NCBI GenBank assembly: GCA_050273025.1
Contig: CP158635.1
Span: 21,762,001 to 21,826,000, forward strand
Source of the DNA: Cenococcum geophilum
Lineage: Eukaryota
Length of the DNA: 64,000 bases
Direction: 5' to 3'
Numbering within the stretch: the stretch's first letter is position 1; every line of letters begins with the position of its first letter. The position numbers were made by a program, and so were the translations under genes. The notes under the pieces were generated by a model. The model was not told the origin of the DNA, did not search any database, and saw nothing but the letters and a program-made list of their open reading frames with translations. This document shows, in pieces, positions 25,486 through 36,788 of the stretch.

Positions 25486-28400
25486 CATCGCTTCGCGAGA
25501 CGCAAGAGAAGTAGGATAGTAAACTACTTCGGCACTTAATAAAGGCAAAAGGCCAAAAGCTTAAGATTCTTAAGACGAGATAAGAGATGACTAAGATTCT
25601 TAAGATAAGATAAGGTAAGCTTAAGGACCTATAACGGATAATAATCAATAGAGCAGAGTAATGGCTTAGTTTAGTAATATATAAATAAGCTTAGGACGAA
25701 GCTTTCTAAAGGCATAAGATTTTTAAGACGAGATAAGTAAGATTTAAGACTCTTAAGACGAGATAAGAACACTAGTAAAGCCTAGTTAAACTAAGGCTGA
25801 AGCTAAGCTTAAGATAGAAGCAAGCTTAGGATTAAGAATCCTATAGGACTAAGACTTCTAGATATAAATAAGGACTATTAAAGAACACAACACTAAGATT
25901 AAGAAGTAAGAAGACTTTAAGGATCTATCCGCGAGACGCAAACCAAAAGAAACTATGGAAGAATTTAGATAAAGAATTATTGCATAGCAGGAATAGAAAC
26001 TAAATAAGAGATCTAGCATATTAGGACGTATAAGGGATAGAGTACTAGTATAAAGAATTACTAATAGGCCTAGGGTAGGTATACTAAGAGCTAAGTAGCT
26101 TACTGAACTAGAAAACGAAGAGGATTTAGGGATCCCTACTAGGTTTAAAGAATGATATATAAAGGGCTGTTATAATGCAGTAATAAAAAGATACTTCCTT
26201 ATAGATAAGCCGTATACACTCTAATAGCTGTACTAAAAGTGGTATAGATAGCGATATAATGATAAGTAGGAAGATTTCTACATGTAGTTGGATAAATAAG
26301 TTATTTAAGACTATCTAATTATAGAGAAGGCCATAACTTATATTAAAGGAGCCTTAATTATAACGTTAAAAGATCTAAAGGAATAGTTAGGGGACTAGAG
26401 AAGCGAAAGGCGTATCTTAGTACCTACGAATAAAGTTATAACATTTAGATTAACATAATAGAAGTTTAAACTTAAAGATAAAAACAAATTAAGAGTTAAC
26501 CCAAAGCACCTAGTATACTATACGCTATTATAGATTGTATACGTGGATAATATATATAAAATGCACAAGAATCTAAAGAAAAAGAATCGAAAATACCCTA
26601 TAAGGATGTATTGGGCGCTAGATAAGCGATAGTATAGGAATGCTAAGTATATACACGGCTAGTATTTAGTAGAAGTTTAAGAGCTAGGAGACTTAGCACT
26701 TTAACTAAAAAAATTCCTTACGGAAGAATGCTTAGACGGATAATAGTAGTAGAAATGCCTAGAGAATACGTGTCTATAGTATATTAAAGACAAAAAGCGA
26801 ACTAGGTATTAGCTAAAGAGTAAGTTAAGTGTATAAGGATTAAATAGCTAATAGTTAGAAAAAGTAGAGGCCTATAGGACTAGAGGGAGCTAGTAGTAGA
26901 GCCTTAAACCCTTAAAGGAATTTAAGGACAATACCTAAATTTATAAATAAAGTGGTAAGATTAGCAGTTTAAAGCGCTAATAGATAGTGGAGTAACGCGA
27001 AACTATATCTTACTAGTAGTAGTTAAGAGAATAAAATTACCTTATAGATAAAAGGAGCAACCTTACCTATTAGTTATAATTTTAGGAGATCTAATAGCCT
27101 ATAAAAGAGGGATTATTAACCTTAAAACAGGACCTATTTAAATAACCATTAAAGGAAGGCAAATTAAGATGTCTTTTAATATCCTACTATTAGGACGGGA
27201 TAAGGTAGTATTAAAAATGCCTTAGTTACAGGAATATAACCTAAAGATTAATTGGATTATAGGTTAGGTTAATATTAGAGATATTTAATGCTATAAGATG
27301 CGATAATAGACTAAGTTAGTATAGTACTAAGTTAGAGCGATATACGAGGAGACTAAGTAAGGCTTAAGTTATGTACTAAAGAGATACTACAAGTATGGTA
27401 AGAAACTATGGTCACTAGAAAGTGAAAAGCTGTTAAATTATGCAGCATGGGACTATAAAATAGAGTTGGAACCAGGAATAAGTCTAAGGTTCTTTTTAAC
27501 CTATAAACTTACTAAAGAAGAGTCTAGAGCATTTAAAGAGTTTATTTAAGAAAACTTATAAAAGGGATATATTAAACTATCGCAGTTATTAGCAGGTTAT
27601 TTAGTACTGTTTGTACTAAAGAAGAATGGAAAGCTTAGGTTATGTATTAACTATAAATAGTTAAATAGCATTACTCGAAAGGATAAGTATCCTTTACCCT
27701 TAATTAGCGAAATCTAGGATTAAATAGGTAACGTATAAATCTTTATAAAGATAAATCTAAGATAGGCGTACCATTAAATTAGGATTAAGGAAGGCGATAA
27801 ATAAAAGGCAGCCTTTAGGTTAAAGGAAGGACTATATAAACTATTAGTTATGCAGTTTAGACTTATAAATATACTAGTAACATTTTAGAAGCGTATTAAT
27901 AACGTATTAGAAAAGCACTTAGATAAATTTATTATAGTATACCTTAATGATATTATTATCTACTTAATGACTAAGGAAGAATATGGGGAATATGTTAAAT
28001 AGGTCTTAAAGAGACTATAAGAAGAATAGATGCTAGTAGTAATTAAGAAATATAAGTTCTTTATAAGGAAGACAAACTTTATTAGATTTATTATTAAACT
28101 AGGCTAACTTAGTATAGATCTAAAGAAGATTAAGGCTATAGTGAATTGGTAAGAACTAGAGAATATTACGCAATTAAGATCGTTTTTAGGGTTTTGCAAT
28201 TACTGCAGAAGGTTTATAGCATAGTAGTTAAAAGATATTAAACTATTTACGCAATTAACAAAGAAAGAAAAACTATAGGTATAGGGGGAGGAATAATAAG
28301 AGCTATTTAAGAAAGTTAAAAGGTTGTTCACCTAGGAGCCAGTTCTTAAGATCTATTAACTAGGAATAGAGATAGTTATAAAAACGGATGCATTAGACTT

Positions 28401-31002
28401 TATACTAGGGGTATACTTTATATAAAAACATTAAGATAGATAGCACCTAGTGGCATACTATAGTCGGAAGATAACACCACTAGAGTTAAACTATAACATC
28501 TATAATAAGGAGTTATTAAGTATAGTTACAGCACTAAAGAAATAAAGAGTATTCTTATAAGGTATAGAGAAACTATTTATAGTTAAGACGGATTATAAGA
28601 ACCTAATAGGATTTTTAATAATAAAGGAACTTAACTAAAGATAGGTTAAATAGGTAGAGATACTTACAGAATACTATTTTAAGATTTAGTATACTAAGGG
28701 CACAGATAATATATAAGCAGACACTCTAAGTAGAAAGGCTAAACTATAAAATAACAAAAAGCCATTAGGGGCTTTACTGGGAAAAGATATAGATGGATTA
28801 ATCAGGTACAATTATCCAAAAATTATAGCAACTTAAGAGGATAACAAACTAGAAAGAGTTTATAAGTTACTAGAAAGCTTTTAGGCATAGAGAATCTTTA
28901 AGGCATAACTAAAAGAATAGTTAGAATATTTAGGAGAAGAAATATTATATAAGTATAGAGAGGCAAAGTACATCCTAAGAAGTATAGCAGAAGACTTTAT
29001 AGAAGATTTCTATAAGGGAATAACTTAAGGACATAATAGAGCTATGGGCTTAGTATTAAAACTTTAGGAGGAGTATATTATTAACGGAATCTAGGGCTTA
29101 GTACGAAAAGTTATAAAGGAATATCTAGATTGCTAAAGGAATAAACTAATAAGGTATAAGCTATATAGAGGGCTATAACCTATTAAAATACTAGAAAGAC
29201 TATAGGAGGTTATATTATAGGACTTTATTATTAAGTTATTAAAGTTAAGAGATCCTATTACCGGATAAGATTATAACGCGATTTTAGTAATAGTAGACAA
29301 GCTTATAAAGTGGGGATACTTTATAGCATATATAGAAGAAATATTAGCAGAAGATGTCGCTAAAATCTATATTAAAGAAGTGTTTATAAGATACGGAGCA
29401 CTAAGTAAGATTATATTAGATAGGGATTTAAGATTTATAATAGCATTTTAGAAGGTATTTTTTAGCGGAGTAAGGAGTTAGAGCAGTAACTTCTACCGCG
29501 TATTACCTATAGACAGACAGTTAAACGGAAAGATTAAATTAGACGCTAGAACAGTATTTAAGGCATTATATTAATTATGCATAGAATAATTAGGTATTGC
29601 TATTACTAATTATATAGTTTATATATAATATAACGCTATAAGAAGGCATAGGTATATTACTATTTAAGGCAAATTATAGATATAAGCTAAGAATATCGTT
29701 GTTACTATAATAAGCGAAGAAAATAAGTAGTATAGCTAAAGAAAGAATAAAGACACTAATAAATCTTTATATAGACCTTATAGAATTAGTAAAAAAGGTA
29801 TAAGAGAGAATAAAAAAGTATTATAATGCTAAGAGATCTAAGGAACTAGATCTTAAGGAGGGAGATAAAGTATAGCTACTATATAAAAATTTCAAGAGTT
29901 AACGACTAAGTAAGAAGTTGGACTACGTTAAACTAGGACCTTTTAAAATTATATAAAGGATTTTACCGGTTATATTTAAGTTAAACCTACTAGCTAAGAT
30001 AAAGATCTACCCTATATAGCATATTATAATACTAGAACTAGTATATAGGAATATTAAGCTACCGGTTTATAAAGCAGATACGTATAGAGGATAAGAAAAA
30101 GATAAATAGTAAGTTTTAAAGATCGTTAGTTATAAGGACGTTAATAATAAAATATAGTATAAGGTTAAGTAGATAGGCTATACTAAGACTACCTAGGAGC
30201 TACTAGAGAATTTAAAGAATGCTATAAGAAAGGTATAAGAGTATTAGAAGAGATTAGGTTAGGTAGCATTAATAAAGAAAGATTACTAAAGAATAAGTTA
30301 CCTAAGGGGGACCTAAGAAGAGTAGTTACTAAACTACTTAGATTTATTTCCTTCTCTATTAGAAGAGAATCCGTTCTTTTATTGCCAAGTTTCTATAAAC
30401 CTTATTTTATAAGTTTCTACTTCTTAAAATAGACCTTCTTATAAACCTTCTTAAGACGGATTAACTAAGTGGACGCCATAAGACGAGACTTAAGGGCCCG
30501 TTACTAAGCATTAGTAGCCTCCTATTCTACATTATAGAAACGGTATAACTCCACCAAAGTAACAGATAGTTTATTATCTAGCTGCGTAGTAATAGATTAA
30601 ATATAAGACCTTAAGATAAATTAATTAGGGAACTAAATAACTATTAAGGGTAATAGGTTATATATATTTAGTATTAGAGATAGAGCGGACGTTATAGGAT
30701 AAATAAATATTCGCTTTAGTGCACTTTAAGTAAGAGGACGGTTATTATAAAGATGGGTTCACTAACGCAATATAGACTAACCCCTCTTTTAAATAGCGAG
30801 AATATAAAGACGGTATAATCTCACTAAGGGATAATATCGCAGCAATAGTACGAACACGACGAGCAGTTAAAGACGAAGAAATTACTTTAGGTATAATAAG
30901 TAATAATATTAACCAAATTAATTAGATAGATATTATACCTCTAGTAAATAACTTAGAGATATTTAGGATCTTTAAGGACGAAGATAGAAAGGAGGGAAAT
31001 GG

Positions 31003-31426
31003 TATTATAGACGCTTTAAGTATAATATTACGACTACTTAAAGAAGAGTTAAAAGAAGCTAGTTAGTTAATTTAAGCACGGTCTAAAATGGAGCCGGTAG
31101 AGCTATATAACGAGAAATGGTAACTAAGGTCACGTAACGTAATCTGTATAATCTATGGGATCTAAGTAATCCGTAATAAAGTAGATAGAGTATACGTATA
31201 TTACGTACAAGAAGGATTTTATAGGAGTATAGTTATATATTTAAGGACCCTTAGTCCCTACCTAGATAGTTCCTTCCTTATAGTAATTCTTAGAATATAA
31301 TTAGAGTTAATCTATTAGGCAACCACTCTACCAGTTATTATTACGTTGTTAACTTTAACTTACATTACCTACACACCTAGCCTATTAACAAGCCCATCGT
31401 AGTACTTGCTATAAGGTTCCGTTACA
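31003..31426 (+). repeat. 3' LTR of G1
   Basis: Direct repeat of 21091-21514; ends gttaCA. Confidence 0.95.
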
Positions 31427-32610
31427 TCTATACTATCCTCCTAAATTAATAAAACTTTGTCCCTTTTTATATTTATTAGGTAGTCTTTTATAATATAGCC
31501 TTTTTAGCTATAAGAGAAGCAGGCGCCTTAATTGCTAAGGGCCTATATATAGGGGCTGCTATATATAGGCCGAGCATTTACTAAACCTATAGTAGGACTA
31601 GCCGTATAGCTAGCTACTATATTAGTAGTAGGCTGTATAGCTAGTATTATAGGAGTTACTAATTGTGCTAGGGCACTATAGGCCGTTCTTAAGTTGCTTA
31701 TAATCTAATTTAGAGGGTTTCTAGCTTTATACTATTTAGCGTATACCTTAATTTAATAAAGGCCTTAGTTAATAGCTAAGCACTAATCTATAAGTTCCTT
31801 TAGCGTCTATATAGTAGTAAAAACTAGTAATACGGCCCGCTATAGGTCTAGGGTAAGCTTATTAAATAGATCTAGCATTAAATCTTCTTAGGGAATTTAG
31901 GCCTAGCTAGCTAGGTATAAAAAGCGGGTCTAAAAGGCTAAAAAGGTCTCCATTATTTTTATATTTAGGCCTTTATAATTAAGGCGGGCGTTCTATACCT
32001 TAAAGGGGGTCTTATAAATAGAAGACAAGTAGTTAATTATTTCCTCTTTAGAGGTAAAATAGTTTATTAAGTCCTTGGTGTATCGCGGGCGTAGGTATAT
32101 CTAGGTATCCCTATTAGTACGGCTAAAGATATAGGCCATTCGGGCCTAAGGTGTAGGAAAGTAGTCAGTATTAACTTTAAGCTTATCCCATAGTTAGAGC
32201 TTTTAGTTATTAAATATAGAGTCTATTCTATCTATAAGTAACGGGGGGTCCGTAACCTTTATAGACTATAATAGTACTATATAGGGCTTAGTAGATCCGC
32301 TAAGGCGCTAAAATAGGACCTTAAGGACTATAGTAAGTCTCTAGGTGTTTAATAATTTATTACTAGATATAGAAGTAGGGGTATCTCTAGCTTTAAGTAG
32401 CTCTTATAGTTATTTAATTTTAGTAATAACTGCTACTAGCTCTGCCTAGGGGTTTAAAATATTAACTGTTTTATTATTTAAGGTATTTAAAGGTCCTATA
32501 GCTGCTTTACTAGCTACTGTGTTTCTTAGCATAGTAATAGGGGTATTAGATAATTTTAGGTAAATTCTTTAGGGATTCTAGTCTATGCTTGTCCTATTCT
32601 TAAGGTTTAT

Positions 32611-34708
32611 TGTCGGTATCACCCGGGGGGGTACTGCAATTGCAATATAAGGTAACTGGTTCTTAATTCATTCGTGTCTTTTTTCGTCTACCAAAAGAGA
32701 AAGAAAGGGGTAGTAAAGGTCGGGCTATCTATCGGGCTGTAGGTGGTCAGGTGACCTACGCTACGCCATGTGGCCCCTGCCGCATACGCTCTGCGCGTAA
32801 TACAATTTACAACCTCTACTTATACAGACACTGGCGACATTTACAAAAAGGAAAGAAGGTAAGAAAGTATAAAGGAGAAGTATATAGGTCAACAGGTGCT
32901 TAGGGCAGTAATCGCGAATGTCTCGGGTATTGCGAATATTACGGATATTGCAGACGTTGCGGATATCGTTACGGATATTGCGGATATCGTGAACATTCGG
33001 ATATTGCGGTGGAGACAGGTAGGCGCGTACAAGGTGTTACTGAGGTGTCCTGTGACAGAGCGTAGTTGAAGTCAGAACCGAAGGTATGGCGGCTTCGGAA
33101 GGTATAAAAGTTGTCGCAGACCATAGGGGAAAATAGGTGGAAGGGCTGACAACCAAGCATTATATAACGTTGTTCCTCCTCCTCCTGGGTCTGGTTGCTG
33201 TTGTCGGGTAGGTTGCCGAGGGTCGTACTGCTGCTGCTGGGCAGGCTGCTAAAAATTGTACTGTTGCTAGGTAGGTTATTGGGGTACAAATGCAATAGGT
33301 GTTTGAGGTGTCACAGGGGTATTCGTAGAGGGAGCTGTGACATTCGTGGAGGGAACCGTGACGTTCGCAGAGGGAGCCGTAACGTTTGTAGGCGGGGCCG
33401 TGACGTTTGTAGGCGGGGCCGTGACGTTTGTAGGCGGAGCCGTGACGTTTATGGGCGGAGCTTGCGCGGACGGGGCTTGCGTGGGCGGAGGTTTGTGCGA
33501 GCTTGGCTGCCGTAGATCCTTGGCTTTGGTTAAGGAAGAGGGTAAAACTAGCGGAGCTTGTGCGGGTGGAGCTTGTGTGGACGGGGCTTGCGTGGACGGA
33601 GCTTGCGCGGACGGAGCTTGTGCAGGCGGAGCTGTGACGTTCGTAGGCAAGGGAAGCTCGGCCGTAGGAAGGTTATTTAAGACAGCTGAAGCTAGAGCAG
33701 TAGACGATATTAAGGGAGTTAATGAACGTGATTTGAGGCGGTAGTTTATGGCATACGAATTAAAGGGTCCTTCGTTGTTGATAAATAGTTTAATTTCTTC
33801 ATCTGACCATTCCGTACGGTCGTCCTCGTAAGCGACGTCGTACAGTGCTTGTGGTACTAACTTACTCTTTTTGTTAAAGACCCATACTCCATTACGTCGG
33901 AGCAGTTATTTAAGTCTTTTAATTGCAGACCTATCAGCGTCCTTAAATGTTTATACCTTAAAATTATCAAAGTCCTCTTGGTATAAATCCCATAAGCTTT
34001 TGTCTTTAAAGTTATAGCTAGTATACTCATTAATTTTGAAATTAATGTAGTTGGTGATATCTTCCGCAGTGGTCTCGTTGGTTAGGGTTATTCCGTTGGC
34101 CCAGTTTAGACGTTTAACTGACATAATGACTGGCGTAGATTGTGGTGTTCGTGGCTTGCAAAGGCCGTAGAAAGAAAGGGGATACGCTGGCGTTTAGGGC
34201 GTGCTGTTGACGTGATTTTCGACGTGGCAGATCTGCAAGGTAGCAGACGGTGTCGGGGTTATAGGGTGTACTGGCGCTCAGTAAAGAGGTCGTACTGGGT
34301 ATTGATTTGCGTGGTGGACGCGAACCGAACGAAGCCTTAGTAGGAGTCGGTTCTTTGAGTTCCCAGGGCCTTGGTAGGAAGGGTTCTCCTTAGCAAACGC
34401 GACGTGATCGACGGGCCTTGGTAGGAGCGATCGCGTGTTGTCTCTCTTCGTAATAACACCTGGCTGATCTGTGATATCAACTGATCAGTGTCGGTATCAC
34501 CCGGGGGGGTACTGCAATTGCAATATAAGGTAACTGGTTCTTGATTCATTCGTGTCTTTTTTCGTCTACCAAAAGAGAAAGAAAGGGGTAGTAAAGGTCG
34601 GGCTATCTATCGGGCCGTAGGTGGTCAGGTGACCTACGCTACGCCATGTGGCCCCTGCCGCATACGCTCTGCGCGTAATACAATTTACAACCTCTACTTA
34701 TACAGACA
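32611..34708 (-). mobile_element. Small non-autonomous LTR element (2098 bp) with gag-like ORF only
   Basis: 220-bp LTRs at 32611-32830 and 34489-34708 (TG...CA, two transitions apart) and 5-bp TSD tttat. Minus-strand ORF from 34124 (MSVKRLNW...SLWDLYQEDFDNF...LLRRNGVWV) with two stops, then Pro/Thr repeats; no pol. Confidence 0.9.
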
Positions 34709-36037
34709 TTTATATTTTTTATATATTTTTTAGTTCTGGTTCTTATTCTCGTTCTTATTCTTGTTCTTATTCTTTAGATATATTTAAGTTCCTTCTTAGG
34801 AAGAAAGGGTGGATAAGCTTTAGATAATATTAGCGACTTAGTTAATTAAGGCATAAGCACAGTATAAGGGACGCGCAAGCCTATATAATTAGGTTGTCTA
34901 TAAACAAGAATCTAAAGCTAGGGAAAGGAAAGGAGAAGAAGAGTAGCGCCGCTTAATGTTTTATAAGATCTTCGCGTCTCATAACCGCAATATGCGGCAA
35001 TCTGTGGCAACTTGCCAGTGCGAAGTTCTACCAAGTTCTGCCAACCAAGTTCTGCCATTTTCTGCCAGTGCCGTAACATCTATCCTATTTCTACAATCGT
35101 GCCTTATAGCCCCCTATCTATAAAGTCCCCTTATAGTTTCTAGCTTAATAGTAATACAGAAAGTCTCTTCTTTTATATCTTGCCCTAGTTATAGCTAAAA
35201 AAAGGTCTATAACTAGGGCTTTTCTTTTTTTAGATTATTAGTGTAGTTATTACCCTATTTATTTTTCTAATAAAATTTACCTCTAGAGTTTTTTTATAAC
35301 TTTTTAAAGTATTTCTATAAAGGTACTAAATAGATATTAGGTTGGCCCTAAAAGTCTTTCCTATTACTTAAGGCCCCTAACTTTACCCCTTTTAAAGTTT
35401 TTTTAAAAACAGCTTCTTTAAAGGTTAGGTCTGCCCTATATTACCATTAAAATACCTATACTTTTAATAACCCCTTAGCTTTCTACTAGAAGAGGTCTAA
35501 TTCCTTACTATATCTTTAGCGTTTGGAACTACTTGTTTAAAATCTATATATATAGTAATCCGTAATAGGGCTTTTATACGCTTAATTTTAACCTAAATAA
35601 ACCTAATCTTCTTTTTTTTTTATATAAATACTACCGTTCTTATTTTTAAAGGGCTCTAAATCTATTTATTAAGTATAAGTTTTTATAAAGTTTATAAACT
35701 AGCGGAAGTTATAGTGGTTAAGTTATATCCCATTCCAGAATAGCTTTATATTACTATATTATATAATATACGGATCTTAAATCTATTTCTTTAGAAAGGG
35801 TTATAGCTATAGCTATATAGTAATTTGCTCTTTGTTAAGCTAATTAAGTATAATCTAGTTTAGTAATTAGTCTTTAATCTTACTAATAATTTAGCATATA
35901 CACTCTTTAGTATTATCTTATATTATTAGTATCTAAAATATAGGAGGTAAGGGTATTTAAGGAGTTTGGATTTTACATGAGAATAAAAGCATTATAGATA
36001 TAAGTATATAAAACGTCACTATTATTTAATAGCTAGG

Positions 36038-36640
36038 ATGGCTTCTACCTAGCTTTATTGCGAATCTTTTATGGCCTAAATATGCTCTAAATTCGCCAGA
36101 TAGCGTATAGTTGCGTCCGCAACTGCGCCTATATTTACTTATAAATATTCTCCTTTACCATATAGCTCTAAGTCTGCGCTAGGATGCAGAAAGAAGAACA
36201 AGAAGACTAAATTCTACCCAAGCGATCCAGTACTAAACATTATCGACCTTAAGAATAAGGTACCAAAATTCTCCGAATCACCAGTTAACCGCACCTTTAG
36301 ATTAATAGATATATACCGTGATATTTTAAACGCTACCGACCATTATTATCTAGAGAAAGAAATCGGTAAACTCGAGTCTTAGGTCAGCATAATTATAGCT
36401 AACATCAGAAAGGCGTTAGAATCTAGGAAAAGTGGTATCTCGATATTGCGTAATAAAAGATATATACTGCGCAAATTTCTCTTCCTCGTAAAATACCGGG
36501 GACCGGGCTTCCATTGACGCTTTCATGGTGATGAGTCTGGTAATTATACCGAAGACGATGAGGACCGTTTCAAGAAATACATGCAAGAGAAAGGATACCA
36601 AAATCCCGTTGTGTGGTTCAGAAGCATCAAGACACCTAGT
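36038..36640 (+). pseudogene. DUF4238-like fungal gene fragment, partly RIP-mutated
   Basis: Reads ..SPVNRTFRLIDIYRD..LEKEIGKLES*VS.II..IRK..LRKFLFLVKYRG.GFH*RF, resembling fungal DUF4238 proteins as recalled; in-frame stops. Confidence 0.55.
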
Positions 36641-36717
36641 TTGGGGGATGCCTTCAGAAGTGCTCCCCAATATTCCAAGCAAATGACAGAGGGTACCTAT
36701 TCGCTCACCACAGTATC

Positions 36718-36788
36718 TCAACATAACCCCCCCGGTGGGCAGCAACCACCGAACCCACTCTCAGTCGACCCTTTAGCACAGCATAGTC
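36718..36788 (-). pseudogene. Displaced 3' end of Cys-rich gene A (..GLC-CAKGSTESGFGGCCPPGGLC*)
   Basis: In frame with gene A once the hAT and one TSD copy are removed; near-identical to the C-terminus of gene B. Confidence 0.92.

Larger units (their letters stand above)
21091..31426 (+). mobile_element. Full-length Ty3/gypsy chromovirus G1, RIP-degenerate
   Basis: 424-bp LTRs at 21091-21514 and 31003-31426; TSD tctgt/tctat (one RIP change); PPT agaaaggagggaaatgg. Contains gag, protease ALIDSG (~26975), RT YLNDIII (~27940), RNase H, integrase and chromodomain YKVK*IGY..T*EL.ENL (~30160). Confidence 0.95.
19689..35078 (-). mobile_element. Fragmented Ty3/gypsy element G2 (pieces 19689-21090, 31432-32610, 34714-35078), host of later insertions
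   Basis: Minus strand: probable 5' LTR 34828-35078 (starts tgttacggcac), gag with Zn-knuckle relic (~31490-31530), protease relic STLANFRVNTFTLID (~20900), RT start KDRYLLPL (~19700). Continuity across two insertions is shown by TSDs. Confidence 0.75.

Noticed and set aside
33276..33650. Mucin-like secreted protein (TNVTAPP repeats)
   Set aside because: It is the low-complexity continuation of the gag-like ORF within the LTR element; no signal peptide.
35079..36000. RIP-degenerate coding-like stretch
   Set aside because: Clearly RIPed but no family motif could be recognised.
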